DNA of 64,000 bases, from positions 263,933-327,932 of the forward strand of contig CAVXIM010000019.1 in NCBI GenBank assembly GCA_963761945.1. Reading direction: 5' to 3'. The position numbers were made by a program, and so were the translations under genes. The notes below the pieces were generated by a model. The model did not search any database. It worked only from the letters and a program-made list of their open reading frames with translations, and was not told the origin of the DNA. Every line of letters begins with the position of its first letter. Position 1 is the first letter of the stretch. This DNA is from an uncultured Acidobacteriota bacterium. GTDB lineage: Bacteria > Acidobacteriota > Terriglobia > Acidiferrales > UBA7541. Below are positions 20,988 to 30,311 of the stretch, one piece after another.

Positions 20988-21476
20988 TTACGGCGTGGTC
21001 CTTGGAACGCGGCTGGTGAAGAAGAGCGCGAGCAGCCCGGCGGCGAGCACGGCCATTTCCAGATTCACGGAAATGCGATGCAGGCGGTCAAAGGAGATGC
21101 GCAGTTGGTTTGCGGCTGGCGTCGCGGCCACTGAACCCATTTGCCCGCGCACCGCGTCCATCGTGCCGCTCACCCAGTACTGCGAAATGAATGTCAGCAC
21201 CACCATGATGATCACCAGCAGAGACGCCGGACGCAGCAGCGCGGCCGCCGAGCGCGCCCAGATCGCCGTTACCAACAGATAAATTACGCCCGCCACGATG
21301 CCCATCAGGTGCAGACGGCCGAGCGTCAAGCCGACTAACGCCCCAGCCTGATCCGGCGTGAGCACGGAAAAGGCCGCTGGCGCCACGATCGCGCCAAAGT
21401 AAAGCACGGCGCCAATCCAGGTGCCCAGGGTGAAGAATTGCAGAAATCGCACTATCGTCGTCATGGCCGCCCCCAT
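20988..21476 (-). CDS. DUF4149-like integral membrane protein
   Basis: Four hydrophobic segments and 'FLQFFTLGTWIGAVLYFGAIVAPAAFSVL'. The start could be 21476 or 21464. Confidence 0.45.
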   Translation of the reverse strand: MGAAMTTIVRFLQFFTLGTWIGAVLYFGAIVAPAAFSVLTPDQAGALVGLTLGRLHLMGIVAGVIYLLVTAIWARSAAALLRPASLLVIIMVVLTFISQYWVSGTMDAVRGQMGSVAATPAANQLRISFDRLHRISVNLEMAVLAAGLLALFFTSRVPRTTP

Positions 21477-21669
21477 TTTCGATGCTGTGGAATATCAGGC
21501 AAGGCTTTTTGCGGACACGCGCGCCATTATATCCGGCAGGGCGGCGCTTGTATTCGGCGAGTTTCAACGCCAGACACGATTGGAATTGGGCACATCGAGG
21601 CGAGGAATGTTTTGGCGGGCGTGCAAACGATGGCACAATGAAGAATCCGGACGACGTGGGAAATCCGGA

Positions 21670-21745
21670 TGGTGGGCGATCAAGGACTTGAACCTTGGAC
21701 CTCTCCCGTGTGAGGGGAGCGCTCTAACCACTGAGCTAATCGCCC
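21670..21745 (-). tRNA. tRNA-Val (anticodon CAC), CCA encoded
   Basis: Minus strand: GGGCGAT TA GCTC AGTGGTTA GAGC G CTCCC CTCACAC GGGAG AGGTC CAAGG TTCAAGT CCTTG ATCGCCC A CCA. It folds by hand into a complete cloverleaf. Confidence 0.9.
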
Positions 21746-21764
21746 GCGTCCCTCGTTGTAGCAG

Positions 21765-22754
21765 ATGCTCCAGGCAGCGTCAATGAAGGCACCGAACACC
21801 ACAACGACCGCCACGGCCCCATCTTCGCTGATCGCGCCGTTGCAACGCGCCGTCGCGGGAGTCATTCGCGGCAAGGATGAAGCCATCGAGCTGGCGCTGG
21901 TGGCCTTGCTGGCGCGAGGCCATCTGCTGATCGAAGACGTGCCGGGCGTGGGCAAGACCACGCTGGCGCAGGCGCTGGCGCATTCTTTCCATTGTTCATT
22001 CCAGCGCATCCAGTTCACTTCGGACATGCTGCCCAGCGACGTGGTGGGCATCAGCGTCTTCAATCAGATCGAACAGCAATTCGAATTCAAGCCCGGCCCG
22101 ATTTTCGCCAATATCGTTCTCGCCGACGAGATCAACCGCACCACGCCGAAGACGCAATCGGCCCTGCTGGAAGCGATGAACGAAGCGCAGGTGACGGTGG
22201 ACACGCACACACACCCACTGCCGCAGCCCTTCATGGTGCTGGCCACCCAAAATCCCATCGAGCACCACGGCACTTACCCTTTGCCCGAATCGCAGATGGA
22301 CCGCTTCCTGATCCGCATTCAAATGGGCTATCCCTCGCGGGAAAACGAAAAGGAAATTCTGAAGAGCCACGCCAATGCGCATAGCGGCGCGAGCGTGCAG
22401 CCAGTGATGGAGGCGAGCGACATTCTAGCCATGCAGGAGGGCGTCGCAGCCATACGCGTGGACGACAGCCTGCTCGACTACGCCCTCGAGATCATCGAAA
22501 AGACGCGGCGGAACGAGCGGCTGATCCTGGGCGTGAGCCCTCGCGGCTCGCTGATGCTGCAACGCGCGGCGCAGGCCCGCGCGTTCATCGAAGGGCGCGA
22601 CTTCTGCCTTCCGGACGACTTCAAGCAAATGGTGCTGCCCGTCTTTGCGCACCGCGTGGTGGTGAACGCAAGGTACGCCACAACGCAAAAGAAAACAGCG
22701 CAGGCGGAAACCATTCTCGCGGAGATCATCGAATCCACCGCTGTTCCGCAGTAA
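21765..22754 (+). CDS. MoxR-family AAA+ ATPase
   Basis: 'GHLLIEDVPGVGKTTLAQALA', 'NIVLADEINRTTPKTQSALLEAM', 'FMVLATQNPIE'. The true start may be ATG 21783 (MKAPN). Confidence 0.85.
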   Translation: MLQAASMKAPNTTTTATAPSSLIAPLQRAVAGVIRGKDEAIELALVALLARGHLLIEDVPGVGKTTLAQALAHSFHCSFQRIQFTSDMLPSDVVGISVFNQIEQQFEFKPGPIFANIVLADEINRTTPKTQSALLEAMNEAQVTVDTHTHPLPQPFMVLATQNPIEHHGTYPLPESQMDRFLIRIQMGYPSRENEKEILKSHANAHSGASVQPVMEASDILAMQEGVAAIRVDDSLLDYALEIIEKTRRNERLILGVSPRGSLMLQRAAQARAFIEGRDFCLPDDFKQMVLPVFAHRVVVNARYATTQKKTAQAETILAEIIESTAVPQ

Positions 22755-22859
22755 ACGCGATGCGCTCGCCAAACCACGCCGGCATGGAGGCGCCGCTACG
22801 AACCCGTCCTGCGACGCTGTGCTCCTGCCTGGAAGTGCCTGCATCTGGATGGGCCGCCC

Positions 22860-24291
22860 ATGAATAGCCCCGCCATCGCCCGCGGGCTGCGTGCGTTTGT
22901 TAAACGCGCGCACCTCGAAGGCCGCCTCAATTCTGCATCTCGCAGAATCGACTGGGCGGGCTGGCGCTCCTTTGCCATTTCCGTGCTGGCCCTGGGTTGC
23001 GCGCTGCTCCTGGCGCTTTATTCCAGTGTGGCCGCGGAAGACGGCAGAACCTGGGTCGCAGCTCTTTCGGCGCTGAGCGCTTTGGCCGTTTCCGGCTGGG
23101 TGGCCTTTACGGTGGTTCCGGTGCTGGCCCGCCGCACGCCGCTGCGATGGCTCGCCTATCGCATGGATTACCGCGTGACGCGCGAGGGCGTGGTTTATCT
23201 GGCGGGAATTTTTGTAGTGGCGCTCGCGGCGCTCAATACCGGCAACAATTTGCTTTTCATGACGCTGGCCTGTTTGCTGGCGGGAATCCTGGTCTCCGGG
23301 ATCATTTCGCAGATGGTGCTGAGCGGCGTCGAATTGCGGCTCGATCTGCCCGAACATATTTTCGCCGGCCAGCCGGTGCTGGCGCTGGCCGAACTGGTGA
23401 ACCACAAACAGATGCTGCCCTCGTTTTCGCTGCGGCTCGTGGGCACTCCGCGGTCAGGATCCCGGCGAAACGCGCGGCCGGCTTCGCCTGATGCGTCCAC
23501 AGATGCGAAGATCTAACCGCGAAGCGCAGCGCGCCGGCGAGATTCTCACCACGCCGGTTTACTTTCCCTATTTGCCGGCGCAGCAGAAAATACGGCAGGC
23601 CGTGGAACTCGTTTTCCCCCACCGCGGCATTTATCGCCAGGATAGCATCGGACTGCAAACCAGATTTCCCTTTGGTTTCCTGGAGAAAACGCGCCAGGTC
23701 GAATCGCGGATGCAAGCGGTAGCCTACCCTTCGGTAGCTCCGAGCGAGGAGTTTTACGAAATTCTGCCACTGGTGACAGGCGAACTCGAGAGCTTCGTGC
23801 GCGGCCGGGGCCACGATCTCTACTCCATCCGCGAGTATCAGACTTCCGATAGCGCGCGGCACGTGGATTGGAAGGCTTCCGCGAGGACCGGCTCACTGCA
23901 AGTGCGCGAATTCGCCCGAGAAGACGAGCGGCGTGTTCTGCTGGTGCTCGATCCGGCGATTCCCGCCGAAGGCAAATCGCGCGAATCCCGGGAGGCCATT
24001 TTTGAGCGCGGCGTGGCACTCTGCGCCAGCTTGGCCTGGCATTTCTACGAGATCAATTCCGTGCTGGCTTTTCGCAGCGGCGCATTCGAGACGTCCATGG
24101 CGCCTGCCGGCGAGATCATCTATGAAATTCTGCGCCACCTGGCCTCGGCGGTGCCCGCCGATTCCGATCGCTCGGCAATCGGCGCGCTGGTGGACATGCC
24201 ACAGACCTTCAAAATTATCCTCACGGCCCAGCCGCGCGGCTCGATTCACACCAGCCTTTGGAGCACCTCGTACATCGCCTTCCTGGAGTAG
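22860..24291 (+). pseudogene. DUF58 domain protein (MoxR partner), frame break ~23440-23495
   Basis: ORF 22860..23516 gives the TM N-terminus ('LNTGNNLLFMTLACLLAGILVSG') and 'FAGQPVLALAELVNHKQMLPSFSLRLVG'. ORF 23491..24291 gives 'YSIREYQTSDSARHVDWKASARTGSLQVREFARE'. Together they make one typical DUF58 protein. Confidence 0.7.
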
Positions 24292-24327
24292 CGGCGCGAG
24301 GCTTGCGCCGCGTGCGACAATGACGCG

Positions 24328-25492
24328 ATGCCTGCTTCGGTAGAGACCGTGCGGCCCAACAATGAGATCATCGCCGCCGCGGACCTGCCGGCGTTCCAAA
24401 CGAAACTGCTTGGCTGGTTCGCGGAGGCCAAACGCGATCTCGACTGGCGCCGCACGCGCGACGCTTACCGCGTGTGGATCTCCGAAATCATGCTGCAGCA
24501 GACGCGCGTGGCCGCCGTGCTTCCCTATTACCGGCGATTCCTGGCGCGCTTTCCTACGATGGATGCGCTGGCCCGTGCGCGGCAGGACGCCGTGCTGCGC
24601 TCATGGGCCGGGCTCGGCTATTACAGCCGCGCGCGCAACCTGCATCGCGCCGCGAAACAGATCGTCGCGAAGCATGACGGCGAATTCCCCAGGCGCATCG
24701 AGGACGCGCTGGGGCTGCCCGGAATCGGGCCGTACACGGCCGCCGCAGTGCTGAGCATCGCTTACGGCGAGGCGCACGCGGTGGTCGACGGCAACGTCGC
24801 GCGCGTGCTGGCGCGGCTGGGCGCGATTCGCGGCGATTTGCGGAGGCCGAAAAGATGGCGCGAACTGGCCGCGGCCGCCAACGCGCTGCTTCCGGCGCAA
24901 GCTGCGCCGGCGGCAAGCGCGCCCACTACAGGAGCAGGAGACTGGAATCAGGCGATGATGGAGCTCGGCGCCACGCTCTGCACTCCGCGCGCGCCGCAGT
25001 GCGCGGCGTGCCCCGTGGCGCACTGGTGCCGGGCACATGCTCTGGGCATCGCGTTGCGCTTGCCCGCGCCGCGGCGCAAACCCAAAGCCGGTGCGCCTGA
25101 CGCTCTCGGCGGCCGTTTTGCTCGACCCGCACGGCCGCACAATGCTCGTGCGGCAAAAAAGCCAACACAGCGGCTTGTTTTCGAACCTGTGGCAATTCCC
25201 TGCGATCGAATCCGCAAGACCGCGACCCGAAAAGCTGGCGCGTTATCTGCAATCGGCCTTTGGCATTACGGCGGCGCTCGAGCCTTTGCGGCCGGCGCGA
25301 CACACCGTCACCTTCCGCAGAATCCTGCTGGCGCCGTTTCTGGCGCGCGTCGCCAAATTGCCGCGAATTGGCCTTTCAACGAAAGGGACAGTGCGCACAC
25401 CGCGCCTGGCCGAGATCGAGCGCCTGCCCATCTCCAGCGCCACAAAAAAGATCGCCGCAGCCGCCCGGCGCGGGCTCGGGATGACAACGTGA
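24328..25492 (+). pseudogene. mutY: A/G-specific adenine glycosylase MutY, frame break at 25078-25086
   Basis: Frame 1 carries the HhH-GPD/FeS part ('WISEIMLQQTRV', 'GLGYYSRARNL', 'LPGIGPYTAAAV', 'CTPRAPQCAACPVAHWC'). Frame 2 (ORF 25037..25492) carries the NUDIX-like C-terminus ('VRLTLSAAVLLDPHGRTMLVRQ...GLFSNLWQFP'). Confidence 0.85.
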
Positions 25493-25576
25493 TGTTGAAG
25501 CACCCGCGGGGTTGCGCGGATTACTGATTGGCGAGGGGCGCGACGGGCATCGAAGCCGCAATGCTAAACTGGATGC

Positions 25577-27872
25577 ATGTCCGCGCCCGCGACCATCGAG
25601 CGGCCATCCGTCCCCGCAGGGGCCGACTCCGCACCGCCATCCTCCGCGCTAGGCCGCTATTTCGAAATATCGCTATTCCTGATGCTTCTGGTGAGCGTGC
25701 TGGCGCTGGTCTCTACCGGCAAGATGGACCTGGCCACGATCCTGCTCGCGCCGGCGGCGTTGCTGGCCAAAGGCTACCGCTGGTGGCGGGGCCGCGGCCC
25801 GGAACTGAGTCACGGCACGGCCACTTTCCTGGTGGTTCTCTACATTCTCTATTTCCCGGTGGATTTGTGGTGGGTTTCGCGGGGGCTCTCGTCAGACGCG
25901 CAAAATCCGGCGCTCTTCGCGGCCTTATTGGCGGCGGTTCATTTACTGCTCTTCGCCATGATCGTGCGGCTCTTGAGCGCCACCACGACGCGAGACTACC
26001 TCTTCCTTGCCTTGCTTTCGTTCAGCGCGCTACTGGCCTCCGCCATTCTCACGGTGGACACGACTTTTCTTTTCTTTTTCCTGGTCTTCCTGGCGCTGGC
26101 GGTCTCGACGTTCATCGGACTGGAAATGCGCCGCAGCGCCGAAGGCGCAGCGCATCCGCACATCGCGCCGGGGTCGAGGCCGGCGCGCAGACTGCATACG
26201 GCGCTGGGCATAACTTCGGCCGTCATCGCGGTGGCGTCGCTGGTGGCCGGCACGGTGATTTTTTTCGTGATTCCACGGTTCAACGCCGGCTATCTCTCCG
26301 GTTTCAACCTGCAGCCTTCGCTGATCTCCGGCTTTACCGACGACGTCGAGCTCGGCCAGATCGGCGAGATCAAGAAGAGCAGCGCCGTGGTAATGCGCAT
26401 CAAGGTGCAGGGCAACCCGCTGCTCGCCAGAAACATGCATTGGCGCGGCATCGCGCTCACCACATTCGACGGGCGGCGCTGGTACACCGAAGGACACGAG
26501 CCGGTACCCCTCACCGAGGGCTTTGACGGCTGGATTACCGTGCCTGCTACGGCGACTTCCGATCGTCACCGTTCGCTGCCATTCGAGTATACGGTGATGC
26601 TCGAGCCGCTGGCCTCGGACGCGATTTTCGTGGCCCCGGAACCGGCCCGCATTCGCGGCCAATTCTTCGGGGCGGGGTTTGGCGGCGTGCGCGCCTCTTC
26701 GCCGCGCCTATCTCACGCTGGACAAGACCGGCTCGCTGTCCAACCCGTTTCACAATTTCGCCGATCTGCGTTACGACGCCGTCTCGGAACTGCCGGAGAT
26801 TCCGCCCGAGACTCTGCGCAGCGCCTCACAGGCCTATCCGGAGGCGATTCGATCGCTGTACCTGCAATTACCCAAGCTCGATCCGCGCATCAGCGCGACG
26901 GCAAAAACGGTGACCGCCCGCGCCGGCAATCCCTACGACAAAGCGCGCGCGATCGAGAGCTACCTTCGCAATAACTACGGATATACGCTGGACCTTTCCG
27001 GCACGCCTCCAGCCGATCCTTTGGCCTACTTCCTCTTCGAGAAACACGCCGGACATTGCGAGTACTTCGCCGCGGCCATGACCGTGATGATGCGCGCCGT
27101 GGGCGTTCCGGCGCGCTACGTGAACGGCTTTTTGCCTGGCGAATACAACGACGTCGGGGAGGACTACATCATTCGCGCGAGCGATGCGCATAGCTGGGTG
27201 GAAGTTTTTTTTCCTGGCAACGGCTGGATGACCTTCGACCCAACGCCTCCGAGCGACGACCATCCGAGCGGCTTATTCGCGCAACTCGGGCTCTACTGGG
27301 ACTGGTTCCAATTGCAGTGGAACGACTGGGTGGTGAACTACGACTTCATCCACCAATTCACGCTGGCTCAGGGCGTCCAGCGCGTTTCGCGGCGATGGAC
27401 GACGAACCTCCGCGACACGTTTGAGCGTTCGCGCTCGGCAGGCGCAAAGCGCCTGCGCGCCTGGGCAGACCGCGCCGGCGCAACACCTCCGTGGATGCCC
27501 ATCGTGCTGGTGCCGCTCTCCATCGTCCTGCTGCTGGCCTGTAACGCCGGCGTGCGCGAGCGCCTGGTGTTCGCCTGCCGGCTTAAATTGGGGGTCGATC
27601 CGCCGCCCGCGCAATCCGCTTCATTCTTTTATCAGCGAATGCTGCGCCTGCTCGAGAAAGCAGGATGGCGCAAGTTGCCTTCGCAAACGCCGGTGGAGTT
27701 TGCCGCGTCGCTGCCCGCCGGCGCAATCGCCGCGCCGGTTCATCGGCTCACCGACCTTTGCATGGCGGTAAGGTTTGGCGGCCATAAAGTCGAGACTTCG
27801 CGCTTCACACAACTGCTCGGAGAGGTGAAGTTTTGTCTTCAGACGCACAGCCGGCGCGACCCGCGCGTGTAG
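25577..27872 (+). pseudogene. TgpA-like membrane transglutaminase (DUF3488 + transglutaminase core), frame break ~26640-26700
   Basis: ORF 25577..26974 gives the multi-TM N-terminus and then degenerates. ORF 26679..27872 carries the Cys-His-Asp core 'KHAGHCEYFAAAM', 'SDAHSWVEVFF', 'WMTFDPTP'. Confidence 0.75.
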
Positions 27873-27994
27873 TTAAAGCCCAAGCCATCGTATCCAAACG
27901 AAGGTAAGGGCGAAGACGTCCGCCTAGCGCCAGCCTATCCTCAGGTTGCCGAATCGCGTGTGTTAGAATTGGTTCCTTGTCTCAAGAGAAAACC

Positions 27995-29424
27995 ATGCCG
28001 AAGGTCGGTTTCATCAGCCTGGGCTGCCCGAAAAACCTCGTGGATAGCGAGGTGATGATGGGCATTGTCGCGCGCAGCGGTTATGAGCTTACGGCGCGCG
28101 CCGAGGATGCCGACGTGCTCGTGGTGAATACGTGCAGCTTCATCGAGGCGGCGCAGCAGGAGTCGGTCGATACCATTCTGGAGATGGCCGAACATAAGAA
28201 ATTCGGCCGGGCCCAGAAACTCATCGTCGCCGGATGCCTGGTGGAGCGTTACCGCGATCAGCTGCAGCGGCAAATTCCCGAGGTGGATGCGGTGATCGGC
28301 ACCGGCGAGGTGGAACAGATCCTCACGGCGATCGAAGGCGAGCTTCGCCCAAATCCGCCGGGCCCGCCCGCGTTTCTTTACCACGACGCGTCGCCGCGCG
28401 TGCTTTCCACGCCGCGCCACGCCGCGTACATCAAGATTGCCGAAGGCTGCGATCATCCCTGCTCGTTTTGCATCATTCCACAGCTTCGCGGAAACTTCCG
28501 CAGCCGCAGATTTGAATCCGTGGTGCGCGAAGCGGAGAACCTTGCCGCCGCGGGGGTGCGCGAAATTACTCTCATCGGGCAGGACACCACTTCGTATGGC
28601 GCAGATCTGGGCCTGCGCGACGGCCTTGCCGAATTGCTCTCGCGCCTCGCTCAAGTCGAAGGCATCTCGTGGGTGCGGTTCCTGTATGCTTATCCCAATC
28701 GCGTTACCCAGCGCCTGCTCGATACCCTGGCCGAGCACTCGCGCCTGGTGAAATATATGGACATGCCTCTGCAGCACGGCTCTCGGGGCGTGCTGGCGCA
28801 AATGAAGCGCGGCTCGAGTGGCGCGGCATTTCTGCGGCTTTTGGAACGCATCGCCGGACGATTCCCGATGTCATGTTGCGCACCTCCTTTATCGTGGGCT
28901 TTCCGGGCGAAACGGAAGCGGATTTCCGCGAACTCTGCGGGTTTGTGCGCGCGGCGGAGTTTGACTGGATGGGCGTGTTTGGCTATTCGGACGTAGACAA
29001 CGCGGCGAGCCATGCCCTGGCCGGAAAAGTAGATGCCGAAACGATTGCGGACCGCCGCGACCGGTTAATGAAATTGCAGCGCAAAATTTCCGCGCGGCGA
29101 CTGCGCCGCTTTGTCGGCCAGAGCTTGCCAGCCTTGATCGAGGGAGCTTCGCGCGATCAAGAATTCCTATGGGAAGCGCGTCTCCAGGGCATGGCGCCTG
29201 AGATCGACGGCAAGCTCTACCTGACCGATATCCAGCCGCAGCCCGATGGCGCTGCCGCACGTCCCGGAGACATGGCCACGGTCGAAATTACAAGATCGCT
29301 CGATTACGATCTGGTCGGCCGGGTCTTGGCAATAGAAGAGAAACTGCCTTGCTCAACCGTGCCGCTGCCGTTGCATGCAGCGCGGCAAATCTCCACCGCC
29401 ACGCCGTTGCGCATCCTGGCTTAA
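27995..29424 (+). pseudogene. rimO: Ribosomal protein uS12 methylthiotransferase RimO, frame break ~28850
   Basis: 'MPKVGFISLGCPKNLVDSE' and radical-SAM 'IAEGCDHPCSFCIIP' in the first frame. 'TIPDVMLRTSFIVGFPGETEADF' plus the TRAM end in the second frame (ORF 28669..29424). Confidence 0.85.
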
Positions 29425-29482
29425 CGATCCACTTTCGGCCTAAGATCAAACGAAGACGAATCCAATTGGAAGCGATTCTTCG

Positions 29483-29683
29483 ATGAAGCATAACTGCCCC
29501 ATTTGCCGAAAACCGGTGGATTCCGCTACCGATCCCGACTTTCCGTTTTGCAGCGAGCGCTGCCGTCTGCTGGACCTGGGGAATTGGGCCGCGGAAAAAT
29601 ACGTCGTCTCCGAACCGCTCTTCAACGAGGAAGGAGAAGAGGCGCCTGAACCCGACAAGCGAAAAAAAGACGACGAAGCCTGA
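29483..29683 (+). CDS. yacG: DNA gyrase inhibitor YacG (zinc finger)
   Basis: 'CPICRKPV....FPFCSERCRLLDLGNWAAEKY' followed by an acidic tail. Confidence 0.8.
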   Translation: MKHNCPICRKPVDSATDPDFPFCSERCRLLDLGNWAAEKYVVSEPLFNEEGEEAPEPDKRKKDDEA

Positions 29684-29690
29684 GGCCGCG

Positions 29691-30264
29691 CGTCCGTCGT
29701 TTGCGCTTGCAATTGCGACGGCGTTCGGGCTGGGCTACCTGCCGAAAGCACCGGGGACGTTCGGCTCGCTTGCGGGCGTTCTACTCGGTTGGATTCTCCT
29801 GAAGCTCTGGCCGCACACTTCACTGTGGGAAGCAGGGCCCCGCCTCGCTAACGTAACGATCCCTTACATTGTTCCGGCGCTTGTTGTAACCGTCTCGATT
29901 GGACTCGTAGGTTTGTGGGCCGCCAGTCGCGCCTCGGATCACCTGGATACCAAAGACCCGACAGGTTGTGGTGGTGGACGAAGTTTCGGGGCAGTTGCTG
30001 GCGATCCTATTCACTTTCGGCTCGACTGAGCGGTACCTTCAAGGTATGACGAATTTTCGCAACGGTTTTTGGTGGCGCGGAGACGTGAACTGGAAATATT
30101 TGCTTGCGGGATTTATACTTTTTCGCGTTTTCGATATTTGGAAGCCGTTTCCGGCGCGCCGCGCGGAGTCTCTGCCCGGCGGGCTGGGCATCATGGCCGA
30201 TGACTGGGTGGCAGGCGTTTATGCCGCACTCGGGCTATGGCTCCTCCGAGCTTTGAGATTGTAA
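29691..30264 (+). pseudogene. pgpA: Phosphatidylglycerophosphatase A; no canonical start codon and a frame break at CCC 29957-29959
   Basis: Frame 0 reads 'AIATAFGLGYLPKAPGTFGSLAG...ASDHLDTKD'. Frame 1 reads 'RQVVVVDEVSGQLLAI...FRVFDIWKPFPARRAESLPGGLGIMADDWVAGVYA'. Confidence 0.75.
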
Positions 30265-30311
30265 CCCGCTGGCATATCCTAGAAATTGCAGTGGTCGCAC
30301 CGAATTGACAA

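Noticed and set aside
20853-21134. ORF 20853..21134 (+, 93 aa) in the ftsY/DUF4149 intergenic region
   Set aside because: It translates a repeat/hairpin region and then runs antisense into the DUF4149 gene, with no recognisable domain.
27961-27969. Extended -10 promoter 'TGTTAGAAT' upstream of rimO
   Set aside because: The position is plausible (~25 nt before the ATG), but no acceptable -35 is present and there is no independent support. Too weak to list as a feature.
29660-29671. Programmed -1 ribosomal frameshift at the A-rich run 'CGA AAA AAA GAC' linking yacG and pgpA
   Set aside because: The pgpA segment is in the +1 frame relative to yacG, not the -1 frame. No downstream stimulatory structure is evident. 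With eight other frame breaks in the window, a homopolymer length error is the simpler explanation.
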